From: an uncultured Nitrososphaerota archaeon
Lineage (GTDB): Archaea > Thermoproteota > Nitrososphaeria > Nitrososphaerales > Gagatemarchaeaceae
Assembly: GCA_963703285.1 (NCBI GenBank)
Contig: OY969807.1
Span: 1,632,001-1,696,000, forward strand
Reading direction: 5' to 3'
Length of the DNA: 64,000 bases
The translations under genes and the position numbers were made by a program. The notes beneath the pieces are model-generated. The model was not told the DNA's origin. It did no database searches and saw nothing but the letters and a program-made list of their open reading frames with translations. The first letter of the stretch is position 1, and every line of letters begins with the position of its first letter. Below, one piece after another: positions 30,112 through 39,694 of the stretch.

Positions 30112-30317
30112 TTTGCTCGTCCAAGCCCTTTCACGCTCATATATAATATGGTTTTGCGAGGGAACTGTAGTCAATCGAAGCCCGGGCGAAGCCGATTTCT
30201 TGCAGATAACAGTCCAGAATACCAATATATTATACGGATAGATGCGAGAGTTGCTAAGATGTGTGCTAGACGGGTCCAGAAACACTAATACAGATTCGTA
30301 GATGCAGCTCTGGTCGG

Positions 30318-30674
30318 ATGCCATCTCAACTCGACGACTTCCTCGCGTCGCAGTCTTCGCTCACGCGTGTTCAAATCGAGCGGCTGCTGCTCCAGTTTTC
30401 GCTTCAAAACGACACGTCTGAAGGGGAAAGCAGGCCCAAAATCAGCGGCGTGAGCCCCGGAGCGTACTACCGGGTGCTGGGCCAGGCGAAGTCCAACATA
30501 GATCAGGCGCTCTACACCGTGCTGCTGTGCTCGAGGATTGGAGTGCTCCAGATGGACGATCTGCGGCGCCTGCTGGACCTGGTGAGCAAGGTTCCATCCG
30601 ATGTTGCGGACGTCGAGGCCCAGCAAGTGACCCAGCTCGTCGAGGCCCTCGTGAAGAAGATTGTGATGCTATGA
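30318..30674 (+). CDS. Hypothetical protein (possible HTH)
   Basis: VSPGAYYRVLGQAKSNI helix; host-like codon usage. Confidence 0.75.
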   Translation: MPSQLDDFLASQSSLTRVQIERLLLQFSLQNDTSEGESRPKISGVSPGAYYRVLGQAKSNIDQALYTVLLCSRIGVLQMDDLRRLLDLVSKVPSDVADVEAQQVTQLVEALVKKIVML

Positions 30675-30695
30675 TACGCACGCTTATATCATGTT

Positions 30696-31310
30696 GTGTC
30701 ACAGCCCCTTTTCGGGGTCGCGTTGGTCCTTATCGATGATGTAGTCGTCTCCATAGCCGCGGCCGTCACGACTGCGACCCTGGTCGTCCTCGTCGTCCTC
30801 CTCGCGAGGTACAGGGCTCTTGTAAAAGATGCAACCAAGTCTACGGATCTTGCGAAGAACCTCTGGGACGCCATGAATGAGAGGCTCACGACCCAGGACT
30901 CTCGTATCGTCGACATGATGGCGAAGTTCGAGGTGTACTCCGTGAGGAAGGGGGTAGGGCTCCCGCCGCCCGCGAGGCCACCCCCAACGTCCACAAACGT
31001 CCCCAGGTCGCCCGAGACTCGAGCTCAAGAGATGAGACTAGAGACATCACACCCAGTATCACAGGCCTCTCAGGCTCCGTCACAGTCAGGAATCACTACC
31101 AGGGAGAGGGAAAACCAGATTCTGCGCGCCCTTCTGGACGGTCCGAGGACCTCCAACGACATCCGGGCCGTGCTGGATGTGTCTAGGGAGCACAACGCGA
31201 GGCTGCTGAAGGCTCTTTACGGACGCGGGTTACTCCTGCGGAACGACGAGCACAAGCCCTTCGTGTACGAGATAACTGAGGCCGGCCGGCGCTATCTCGG
31301 TGCCGCCTGA
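30696..31310 (+). CDS. N-terminal TM, helical region and C-terminal winged-helix protein
   Basis: TM segment, then SREHNARLLKALY...KPFVYEITEAG wHTH. Confidence 0.8.
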   Translation: MSQPLFGVALVLIDDVVVSIAAAVTTATLVVLVVLLARYRALVKDATKSTDLAKNLWDAMNERLTTQDSRIVDMMAKFEVYSVRKGVGLPPPARPPPTSTNVPRSPETRAQEMRLETSHPVSQASQAPSQSGITTRERENQILRALLDGPRTSNDIRAVLDVSREHNARLLKALYGRGLLLRNDEHKPFVYEITEAGRRYLGAA

Positions 31311-31526
31311 AGTACCTCCGTGCGTGCGCGCGTCAGGAGAGAGCGAAGCTTCGATTACCTTCCTGGATGCAGTCCAGTGAGTTCCGGGCTTTTACGTGCG
31401 AACCGTGTCGGGCCGCGGGGCCTTCCAGGCTGTTTTTCTGAAAAGGCTCAGGGTAGGCAGGTCCACTCCGCCGAGGTTGTTCCTTATATCGGAGAACCAC
31501 AACATACGATAAGGAGCTGCCAGAGA

Positions 31527-31877
31527 GTGGGAATAACCAAGGCATCAATCACCATTTTGGGCGACTCGGCCCATTCCGAAGTCGAGTTGGTTGTGGACAC
31601 AGGCTCCATCTTGACGTGGGTCAAATCCGACCGATTGAAGTCGATAGGGAGCAGGCCAAGGAGAGAGAAGGAATTCAGGACGATTGAGGGCAAAATCATT
31701 CACAGGAAGACAGGTCCGGCGACCGTTCGTTACGATGGAGTAGAAGCCGATGTCGAAGTCGTCTTCGGGGAGGAAGGCGACGCTGAAGTGCTTGGCGTTA
31801 CCGCCCTGGAGTCTCTGGGACTCCAGATAGATCCAGTGACTCTCAAGATAAACCGGTCGAGTCTTCTAGCTCTGTGA
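31527..31877 (+). CDS. Retropepsin-like aspartyl protease
   Basis: VVDTGS catalytic motif, VLGVTALESLGL; GTG start 31527. Confidence 0.85.
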   Translation: MGITKASITILGDSAHSEVELVVDTGSILTWVKSDRLKSIGSRPRREKEFRTIEGKIIHRKTGPATVRYDGVEADVEVVFGEEGDAEVLGVTALESLGLQIDPVTLKINRSSLLAL

Positions 31878-32028
31878 TTAGGGAGAAGACGCCAATCGCC
31901 CCAAAGAAGGGAGATGGGTTCAGATTCACCGGCAGTCAGCAGTTCCCATTCATGGACGTGATATGAATGACGCTACCTGAGGAGATGAGAAGGGTCGCGC
32001 AAACTGCTGTGACTCGTTCTTAGATCGA

Positions 32029-32362
32029 CCCGCCCGCCCCTACCTTTCCACTGGAACCCTAAAGATGCCCGCAAAATATTTCATATTTTGATATATTAAA
32101 GATGCTCGCTCTTGGATGGATTTCTGTTTAGATAATACTAATCATCCATTTCTTGTGACTTTGGCGCGAGTTGGCGCCCTCAAAGCTGAGAAGGAGCCCG
32201 AATCGACCTCCACTGGAAACGGAGGGGTGTGGGGGTTCCGGTGAACACCTGTGAACAAAGCAGGCCGGCGGGGGCGATGAAGACTTCTCTGGCCCAAACA
32301 GGCCCGTTCCTCCCTCCTTCTGGCGATGGGCGCACCCGCCGACCCCTGTGTTTCCACTGGAG
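32029..32362. other. Putative replication origin (three ORBs plus AT-rich segment)
   Basis: ORB- 32029-32056 (TTCCAGTGGAAAGGTAGGGG...), ORB+ 32208-32235 (CTCCACTGGAAACGGAGGGG...), ORB- 32333-32362 (CTCCAGTGGAAACACAGGGG...), AT-rich 32073-32143. Confidence 0.8.
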
Positions 32363-32516
32363 CCTGTGCAGCCTGGGGCCGCAGTGAGCCCGCTGTGAAC
32401 CCCTGTGAACGCCTCGAATCCTATCGCAGGGTGGTCAAGACTAGTTTGCAACCCGTTCACAAGTTCACACCACTATACCATTTATCCGCCGTCTCCGGGC
32501 GTCCCCCGTCTGTCGC

Positions 32517-32918
32517 TTGCAGAAACGGGTCAAGGTCGAGTTCCAGGACGGCAGGGGCACCAAGTACAGCCTCGCGGTCGAGGGGCGGATATCGAGGGAG
32601 AAGGTCCTCAAGATCATGGACCTCATGGAGCTCGTCGAGGGCAACGACGCCATCGAGGAGCCTGCGCCGAACGAGGCGAGCAGCTTCGGGCGCGTCTTCA
32701 AGGTCATCGAGACATCGTACATGGGGAAGGAGTTCTCGTCGGCCGACATAGCGAGAGACTACGAGGAGCTCCACGGCGAGCCGATAGGGCTGTCCACAGT
32801 CTCGACGTACCTCTCACGGATGGCGGAGCGGGGGGCACTCAAGCGGCAGAAGTTCGGCAACTCTTGGGTGTACAGACGCGTGCACCTAGCGCCAAATCAG
32901 GTCCAGACGCTCAAGTAG
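32517..32918 (+). CDS. Winged-helix protein adjacent to the origin
   Basis: FSSADI...IGLSTVSTYLSRMAERG...WVYR. Confidence 0.82.
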   Translation: MQKRVKVEFQDGRGTKYSLAVEGRISREKVLKIMDLMELVEGNDAIEEPAPNEASSFGRVFKVIETSYMGKEFSSADIARDYEELHGEPIGLSTVSTYLSRMAERGALKRQKFGNSWVYRRVHLAPNQVQTLK

Positions 32919-32945
32919 AACCGAATCACGTCGACCGGCAGCGAA

Positions 32946-32997
32946 TTAGGTAGCTAATGTTTTCTGTATCCCGATTATTCGGACAAAACTATTAGTC
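32946..32997 (+). repeat. Extended element copy H (52 bp; core 32978-32997)
   Basis: TTAGGTAGCTAA-TGTTTTCTGTATCCCGATTA-TTCGGACAAAACTATTAGTC; near-duplicate of 40357-40409. Confidence 0.85.
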
Positions 32998-33035
32998 AAG
33001 GTGAGGCTCTTGAACACTTTCGAGGTTCTTCTCGA

Positions 33036-33191
33036 ATGAACACCCAGCCAACTCGAAGCTTCACTCACCTCACCATAGCAATTGTCGTAGCGGAGGGTGG
33101 TAATTGGGGCTGTCATCCTTCCTCGTCCTACCTCGGGACTGCGACTGCGACAACCGTGACTAGAACCTCGACGACAACCCACGCCGACTAG
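33036..33191 (+). pseudogene. Decayed leader of a cassette-family surface protein
   Basis: MNTQPTRSFTHLTIAIVVA/VVIGAVIL/SSYLGTATATTVTRTSTTT with two compensating frameshifts and an early stop. Confidence 0.65.
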
Positions 33192-33248
33192 CTGCTGCAT
33201 CCAGAGGTCATGTCGGATGGATATCCCATACCTTTCATGAGTATGGAA

Positions 33249-33458
33249 CTACTGCTTGCTCGACAAGTAGCCCCAGAGCATTACCCCGACAAGCATGACC
33301 ATCGACCCCGCCAGACCGGTCACGAACGCGCCCGCCATGTCTGAGCTGAGGCCGACCCCCTGAAACGAGTTGATGATCGACGGTGCCACGAGCCAGGCGA
33401 CGAAGCCCAGAGCGTACCCAATCAGCCAGAATACGAACAATGCAGCTTTTCGACCCAA
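33249..33458 (-). CDS. Small two-TM membrane protein
   Basis: Two hydrophobic helices. Confidence 0.7.
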   Translation of the reverse strand: MGRKAALFVFWLIGYALGFVAWLVAPSIINSFQGVGLSSDMAGAFVTGLAGSMVMLVGVMLWGYLSSKQ

Positions 33459-33752
33459 TCTTGATTACCGATACATGATGGGACGGGAATGGAGTAAATG
33501 CAACGAGAGTTGAATCCCTTAACCTTCAGGTCGAATTTCTGGACGACCCGGATAAATATTTTGCATCAGACGAGCCGCATTTATCCGGTGACCGAAGGTC
33601 CGAAAGCCGGTCGCACGAATTGCCGATTGATCAAAGAGTCGTCTTGATTGTCGTCCTTACTGCAATTGTAATAGTCGTGGTTAGTGTATGGAAGGCTAGG
33701 GCTCGGGGTTCTTCTTAATAATGTGAGAGACTTGTGATAGAGGTGAAAGAAA

Positions 33753-34031
33753 GTGTCGAAAAACAAATTTGAAATCGGAGAGAAGGAGAAGCACTCGCTC
33801 ACAGTCGATGCCGACCAGGTTATGAAGCGAATCAGTATCGAAGTGGATGGCCAGAAGGTCATTGACGAATCCCTCTTCTCGCTTGGCGCGAAGAAGTTCG
33901 CGTTCGATGTCGGGAGTTCAGAGGTCCACAAAGTCGAAGTCAACCTCGGAATGACGCGCTGGGCATTTGGGAGAAAAATCAGCGTGCTCGTAGATGGCAA
34001 GCCCGCACAGAGCTCAAGTGTGGGTAAGTAA
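33753..34031 (+). CDS. Hypothetical beta-rich protein
   Basis: RBS-like GAGGTGA upstream; repeated VDG motif. Confidence 0.7.
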   Translation: MSKNKFEIGEKEKHSLTVDADQVMKRISIEVDGQKVIDESLFSLGAKKFAFDVGSSEVHKVEVNLGMTRWAFGRKISVLVDGKPAQSSSVGK

Positions 34032-34068
34032 AGCGGGGCACTTGCCATCAGTGATGCCGCCGGATGAG

Positions 34069-34212
34069 GTCGCGTTGAGCGACCCTGACAAGCAGAACGC
34101 GGCTGTAATCGAGGTGATCGTCAAGGCCGGAGGGCACATTCAGTCCGTGACGATAGCGGGAGCCTCACTTGAAGACGTTTATCTGAAGCTGGTGAGGGAA
34201 GGGGGAAGCTAG
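34069..34212 (+). pseudogene. C-terminal remnant of an ABC ATPase
   Basis: ASLEDVYLKLVRE tail directly before a permease; no Walker motifs upstream. Confidence 0.65.
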
Positions 34213-34217
34213 GAACC

Positions 34218-34949
34218 GTGCGGCTCTCCAAGTCCTGGATTATTGCAGCAAAGGACCTCAAGACTCTCGGCAAGAAGAAGAGCATAATCTATTTGGTGGC
34301 CTTCATTCCGCTTTTCGTCGCCATTCTCATCCCCACAGTCATAGGCTACGTCGGCCAGAGGAAGACCCCTGCCGAGCTGGTGGTCCTGCTGCCTGCGTTC
34401 CTCTTCTTCTACGTCATTCTGGGCTCGTATCTCTCCACTCCGATAGCATCCTACACCATCGCTGGAGAAAAACTCGAGAAGAGCCTCGAGCCGCTGCTTG
34501 CGACGCCAACGACGGACAGCGAGATTCTACTCGGAAAGGGCATAGCTGCCTTCCTTCCGCCGCTGGCTGCGGTGCTGGGAGGGTCCGCCCTCTTCATGCT
34601 TCTCATGGACCTGACCACCAAGGGCAAGCTTGGTTACTACTACTTCCCGGACTGGAATTCGGCCATCGTCATACTGTTGCTTCTTCCGCTCGCGTTGTTG
34701 ATGAGCGTGCAGGTGAATGTGATCATGTCCTCGAAGGTGACCGACATCAGGGCTGGACAACAACTCGGGGCGCTAACAATCGTTCCATTCATAGGGCTGT
34801 ACGTCTCCGGAGAACTGGGCCTGATCAACCTCGGAGACGCCAGCAACCTGCTGATAATCGCGGGAGCCTTGGTCGTGGTGGACATGCTGCTCTTCTTCGT
34901 CTCGACAGCGACCTTCCGCAGAGAGGAGATACTGACAAAATGGAAGTAG
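34218..34949 (+). CDS. ABC-2 permease
   Basis: IAGEKLEKSLEPLLATP...ILLGK, C-terminal FRREEIL. Confidence 0.88.
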   Translation: MRLSKSWIIAAKDLKTLGKKKSIIYLVAFIPLFVAILIPTVIGYVGQRKTPAELVVLLPAFLFFYVILGSYLSTPIASYTIAGEKLEKSLEPLLATPTTDSEILLGKGIAAFLPPLAAVLGGSALFMLLMDLTTKGKLGYYYFPDWNSAIVILLLLPLALLMSVQVNVIMSSKVTDIRAGQQLGALTIVPFIGLYVSGELGLINLGDASNLLIIAGALVVVDMLLFFVSTATFRREEILTKWK

Positions 34950-35084
34950 GCGCCTCAATTTCAAGACCTGAGACACGAACCTACTGTTTGAGCCATTCCT
35001 TGAGCGTCCTGGGCATAATTCTCAATTGAGGGAGAGCATCCTATAGACTTGACCGGGAATCGGGCGAAGGCGAGAGCCCGCTGA

Positions 35085-35414
35085 CTACCCGCTCTTCGGG
35101 GAAAAACCACGGCGGGCGTTCATCTGGGCAGCCATCCTGAAAACAACGGGCGCCATACCTAAAGCGACGATCATCGCCACGATGAAGTTCTCGAGCGCAG
35201 TAACCGGGCCGACGCTAATCGTAACCGAGCCAATAACCAGACCGATGACTCCTCCGGCCACGAAGAAAGCCATCCACGCTTCAATGAATCTCCAGTACCC
35301 CAGATGCTGCAGCTTCGGGTAGAGCCAATTGAAGAAAATGACTATGCTCACGACTCCTACAGGAATGAGAATCAGCAATGCCTCCAATGGATCCAACAGC
35401 AACTTACTAACCAC
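35085..35414 (-). CDS. Small membrane protein
   Basis: Three hydrophobic segments. Confidence 0.6.
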   Translation of the reverse strand: MVSKLLLDPLEALLILIPVGVVSIVIFFNWLYPKLQHLGYWRFIEAWMAFFVAGGVIGLVIGSVTISVGPVTALENFIVAMIVALGMAPVVFRMAAQMNARRGFSPKSG

Positions 35415-35516
35415 CTTCCAATGGCGAACCCAAGGATATCAACCTAGCTACAAACGCTGTCGCAGACCACAGGCAATCGGGAGTGCCTATTACCGCGGGT
35501 TTCGGTACAGGGGTCG

Positions 35517-35999
35517 ATGCCAAGCTACACCATCCACTTTGGCTTCAGCCAGCGGTTCCCCGTCCCAGCCGCCGAGGCGTACGAGTGGTGCACCGACTAC
35601 GACGCCGGCGACATCGCGCTCGAAGGCATGAAGGGTGCCCGACAGGTAGAGTGGACCGACGATGCCACGGTAATACTGACGGACACGGTGGAGGCCGGCG
35701 CCGTGAAGACCACGAAGGTCAAGGTCGTCCGGCTCTACCCGGCGCTGCTGATGTGGACCAACACGAGGATTTCCAGCCCCGGGAAATATTCCCAGTTCAT
35801 CTACCAGATCGTCCCCGAGGGGAAGAACGCCTCGCGCCTCGACTACAACGGCGCTCAGGTCGAGGAAGGGAAGAGCGTTCCGTCACCGTCCCAGGCTGCC
35901 GCCATGGCGGAGAAACTCACGGAGGAGGACTCCCAGGCGTGGATCAAGCTCGCGGCGGCGATGGAGAAGGATCTCGCCCGGAAACCATCCCGTGCGTGA
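35517..35999 (+). CDS. Hypothetical protein (possible SRPBCC-like fold)
   Basis: PVPAAEAYEWCTDY N-terminus and C-terminal helix. Confidence 0.65.
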   Translation: MPSYTIHFGFSQRFPVPAAEAYEWCTDYDAGDIALEGMKGARQVEWTDDATVILTDTVEAGAVKTTKVKVVRLYPALLMWTNTRISSPGKYSQFIYQIVPEGKNASRLDYNGAQVEEGKSVPSPSQAAAMAEKLTEEDSQAWIKLAAAMEKDLARKPSRA

Positions 36000-36020
36000 C
36001 TAGGTTCTAGGCTCGGTGAC

Positions 36021-37037
36021 CTAGGTGGTGCAACTAGGGAGTGGCGACTGTCTTTGCTTGCCTAGCCAGCCGAGAATAGAGTTGGCGCCCTCTTCGTCGA
36101 GCTTGGCGTCCGGCACATTGTAGTGAGCGGCGACGTATTGCGCCGTTAGTTCTTCGACGGGTAGCGCCTCGTGCTTTAGCACGTGATTTGCGTTCTCCGG
36201 ATAGGCGAACGAGACGGTCGTCTTTCCCGCCGTCGCATCTTCGAGCGCCTTCCCGTCCACCTTCCAATTGACCTGGATGTCTTTCTTGCCGATTACGACC
36301 AACACGGGATCATCGACCTCTGCGATGTGCTCTGGGAGACTGTAGGCCCATAGTTCCCTGGCGAACGGCAGGTTGTTTGGATTCTCGAGGCTGCGCAGAA
36401 GCACTTTCAGACCTTCCGGAAGAGACGGGTCCATGGTCATAGGCATGTTGGCCAGGAACTCCGCGATGGCGTCGTCATAGTGTCCAATGACTGTCTCTGC
36501 TTCGGGCAGAGACTTGCCCTGCTCAAGGAGCTGACTCCGAGCCACTTCGCCAACAGCCCTCCCGGGGGCACCGGTCAGTACCATTCCTCTGAAGCGGTTG
36601 TTCTTCGTCCGTAACTGGTAGTTCACGGCATGAATGGCGCCCTCGCTGTTGGTGAGCGCGAAAAGGTGGTCCCCGTCGACATTCCTCTCGGAGAGGATCG
36701 TTTCGACCGCGCCAGTTAGCTCGTCCAGGAATGTTTGCATCCCGACTTTTCCGGAGATTTTGGGCAGATACTCCTTGACGCGAGGTCCCGAACCGAGCTT
36801 GTCATAGCGTAGGGTGACAAAGCCCCAACTCGCCAGAGACTCCGCCAGTATCTTGGCGGTGCCGTTCGACCCGGGCAGAAGAGGGGAGCACCAGTTCCTG
36901 TCGGTTGGACCACTTCCCGCCAGTAAAATAACCGCCGGACGAGGCGCATTGTTTGAAGGTGCGGTCAAGGTTCCGTATACCGGAATATCAAGAGCCTTCC
37001 ATGTCACTTCTTTATCCTCAACGGACGCGGCGCTCAT
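36021..37037 (-). CDS. Alpha/beta hydrolase
   Basis: AGSGPTDRN, RYDKLG, TNSEG nucleophile elbow, GKKDIQV, NHVLK. Confidence 0.85.
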   Translation of the reverse strand: MSAASVEDKEVTWKALDIPVYGTLTAPSNNAPRPAVILLAGSGPTDRNWCSPLLPGSNGTAKILAESLASWGFVTLRYDKLGSGPRVKEYLPKISGKVGMQTFLDELTGAVETILSERNVDGDHLFALTNSEGAIHAVNYQLRTKNNRFRGMVLTGAPGRAVGEVARSQLLEQGKSLPEAETVIGHYDDAIAEFLANMPMTMDPSLPEGLKVLLRSLENPNNLPFARELWAYSLPEHIAEVDDPVLVVIGKKDIQVNWKVDGKALEDATAGKTTVSFAYPENANHVLKHEALPVEELTAQYVAAHYNVPDAKLDEEGANSILGWLGKQRQSPLPSCTT

Positions 37038-37103
37038 GTTTCTTCTTCCAATTCGTCTCGCTGTTCGACAGCTATATAGAAATGAGTAAAGTGCTTCCCC
37101 CTG

Positions 37104-37604
37104 ATGAAACTACTCCGGGTACTGGACGCTCCCAGCACCACTCTGGTGTACGACCTCCACAACCAGATGATACTGAAGGAGCTTGTGGAATCGGAGGGCT
37201 CCGTGACTGAACTCGCGAGAAAGCTGAACATCCCGATGGTGACGCTCTGGAAACGGATGCAGAAACTTCTGGCTGCTAACTTGGTGGAGCTTTCGAGGGT
37301 CAAGAAGTCAGGCAACCTCGAGAAAAAACTGTATCGGGCGACTGCGGCAAGATTCGTCCCTGCGCAGCTCCTGAGCTTCAAACCGAAGGACCGTCACCTC
37401 AGGGAGGCATCCGAGGTTTACTCGCAGATTCAGAATATGGGTGTGAAGCTCCTGACGCAAACATACGAGATACCCGAGGATGCGGATCCCTCTGACTATG
37501 CACTGTACGCAAACTTGCTTGCATTCGTACAGGTCAGCAGGATGCCGGACTTTGAGAGGAGAGTCGCTGAACTTCAGAAGAAGCTCTCCGAGTACAAACC
37601 CTGA
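37104..37604 (+). CDS. ArsR-like winged-helix regulator
   Basis: SVTELARKLNIP...EKKLYRA. Confidence 0.75.
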   Translation: MKLLRVLDAPSTTLVYDLHNQMILKELVESEGSVTELARKLNIPMVTLWKRMQKLLAANLVELSRVKKSGNLEKKLYRATAARFVPAQLLSFKPKDRHLREASEVYSQIQNMGVKLLTQTYEIPEDADPSDYALYANLLAFVQVSRMPDFERRVAELQKKLSEYKP

Positions 37605-37678
37605 CGATATGCGAAGGGTCGTTAGTCAATAAATACTCCCTCCATTTTCTGCCAAAAGCATCGGTTGTACGATTACTA

Positions 37679-38428
37679 TTGCACGCCCAGCCCCAATCAT
37701 CATTCCCTTGTGCCGGCTGCAAGCGGCAATGTACCTCAGAGATGCTGGGAACCTACTTGCTTGTGCTCTTTGGCCCGGGTTCTGTGGTCGCAGCCTCTCT
37801 CTGGGGTTTGTCCCCAGCTGAGACGTTGCTCTTTGTGGCGGCCGTCTTCGGCTCCACAGTTGCTTGCGTAATCGTTGGCCTGGGTCGCTTTTCCGGGGCT
37901 CACATCAATCCGGCGATTTCTGTCGGAAGCGCCGTGGCGGGGTTGCTCAAGCGCGAGTTGTTCGTCCAATACCTCGTCTTCCAGGTCGTCGGCGCGCTGC
38001 TTGCAGGGATATGCCTCAGGGTCATCTTCGGGACAGGGGGATTGGGTACCCATCTTGGTTCGACCGAGCTGGCGGCGGGAATAGGCCCAGTCGAAGGACT
38101 CGCTCTGGAAATCGCTGGAACCTTCTTCCTGGCAATGTCGGCGCTCATAGCAGGCTCTTCCGTAAAGAGCCCAGTGAAGCAGGCCCTCTTGGTCGGGGGG
38201 ACGCTATTCGTCCTCATCCTCTTCATAGGGCCGCTGACCGGGGGTTCGTTCAATCCTGCCAGAAGCCTCGGACCTTCCCTCCTCTCGGGATACCTGAGCG
38301 GTCAGCTCATCTACTATGTGGGGCCGGTCATCGGTGCTGTGTTCGCAGGATTGATGTTCGGAGTGCTGAAGTCATATGGCAAAAAGAGAAGCGGCAAGAC
38401 CAAACTCAATCTTGTTTGTATGTGTTGA
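37679..38428 (+). CDS. MIP/aquaporin family channel (probable arsenite channel)
   Basis: SGAHINPA and GGSFNPARS; arsenic role inferred from neighbours. Confidence 0.88.
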   Translation: MHAQPQSSFPCAGCKRQCTSEMLGTYLLVLFGPGSVVAASLWGLSPAETLLFVAAVFGSTVACVIVGLGRFSGAHINPAISVGSAVAGLLKRELFVQYLVFQVVGALLAGICLRVIFGTGGLGTHLGSTELAAGIGPVEGLALEIAGTFFLAMSALIAGSSVKSPVKQALLVGGTLFVLILFIGPLTGGSFNPARSLGPSLLSGYLSGQLIYYVGPVIGAVFAGLMFGVLKSYGKKRSGKTKLNLVCMC

Positions 38429-38813
38429 GAACGCTGGACGGAGCCAGATGGCGGAGGCGTTCGCAAGAAGGCATGGTCTTCAGGCCTCTAGCGCCGGAAC
38501 CGTCCCCTCTTCGAGAGTAAACCCCGTGGTTGTACAGGCGATGAAAGAGAAGGGCCTTGATATCGCGCAGAACAAGCCCAAGATGCTCACCAGCGAGATG
38601 ATCAAAGACGCCAGTCTGGTGGTGACCATGGGCTGCTCGGTCGAAGAAGCTTGCCCGCGACCCATGCTCGCCCAGATGCAGAAGAAACTCGTCGACTGGG
38701 ACCTCCAGGACCCAAAGGGGAAGCCGATAGAGCAGGTCCGTAAGATCAGGGACGAAATCGAGAGGAGGGTTACCGGTCTCACGAAGGTCGGGTTGCCGGC
38801 TTCTTCGCCTTGA
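38376..38813 (+). CDS. arsC: Arsenate reductase, LMW-PTP type
   Basis: CVENAGRSQMAE, TMGC..EACP, DPKG. Confidence 0.88.
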   Translation: MAKREAARPNSILFVCVENAGRSQMAEAFARRHGLQASSAGTVPSSRVNPVVVQAMKEKGLDIAQNKPKMLTSEMIKDASLVVTMGCSVEEACPRPMLAQMQKKLVDWDLQDPKGKPIEQVRKIRDEIERRVTGLTKVGLPASSP

Positions 38814-39528
38814 TGTGCGAGCTGTAATACTTGAAGGGGTACTCCCCTATGTTCGAGTCCGAGATGTGCTCAATCTCGATGTCTGCGAATCCGGCGGCTT
38901 GCAGCTTGCTCCTGTACTCCGAATCCACGAGAGCCCCTGCGATGCAGGCGGACCACGAATCCATGTCCTCCCTCGCGCTATCGGGAATCTCGTTCTGAAG
39001 CGTCACGTCTGCCACGGCGAAGGTTCCACCCTGCCTCAGAACCCGGAATGACTCCCTGAACACGGCCAGCTTTTCCGGAACAAGATTGATTACACAATTC
39101 GAGATGATGTAGTCGACGCTGTCTGATTCAACGGGCAGGTGCTCGATCTCACCCAGCCTGAACTCTACGTTCTGATACTTGCTTCCATACTTCGCCTTTG
39201 TTTCCCTCGCTCTCCAGACCATCTCGGGAGTGGCGTCTACGCCCATGACCTTTCCACTCTCACCCACAAGCCGCGAAGCCCTGAATACGTCGATTCCTCC
39301 CCCGCTGCCCAAATCCAGCACCACATCTCCATCCGTGGGGCTGACCAACATGAGAGGAGACCCGCACCCGGCGTTCACTGAGGACGCCTCGACAGGAACC
39401 GAACTATCCAAGACTATGAGATTCACATCGCCGCAGCAAGCCTCGCTTTCACAACAGTCAGCGCCGGAGGATATCGCTATCTTCGCATATCGTTCCTTCA
39501 CCGCCTTCCTAATTTCTACCTCGGACAT
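38779..39528 (-). CDS. arsM: Arsenite methyltransferase
   Basis: GCGSP, LDLGSGGGID, ISNCVINL, WSACIAGA. Confidence 0.88.
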   Translation of the reverse strand: MSEVEIRKAVKERYAKIAISSGADCCESEACCGDVNLIVLDSSVPVEASSVNAGCGSPLMLVSPTDGDVVLDLGSGGGIDVFRASRLVGESGKVMGVDATPEMVWRARETKAKYGSKYQNVEFRLGEIEHLPVESDSVDYIISNCVINLVPEKLAVFRESFRVLRQGGTFAVADVTLQNEIPDSAREDMDSWSACIAGALVDSEYRSKLQAAGFADIEIEHISDSNIGEYPFKYYSSHIKAKKPATRPS

Positions 39529-39694
39529 TATCAGAACTAGTCTCTCTCTGCGTTATTTATTGACTCCCTCACTGCGTTTTGGTGCTCTGGGACGTGTTCC
39601 AGCGGCTTCATCAAGGCACCAACCCTTAATTTGTGCCCCTGCGAATCTTGTTACCGATTGCCTTGGTAGGCGGCCTGTCGACGAGGATTTGGGA

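Noticed and set aside
33620-33718. 32-aa single-TM ORF (MPIDQRVVLIVVLTAIVIVVVSVWKARARGSS)
   Set aside because: Plausible micro-protein but too short to support from sequence alone.
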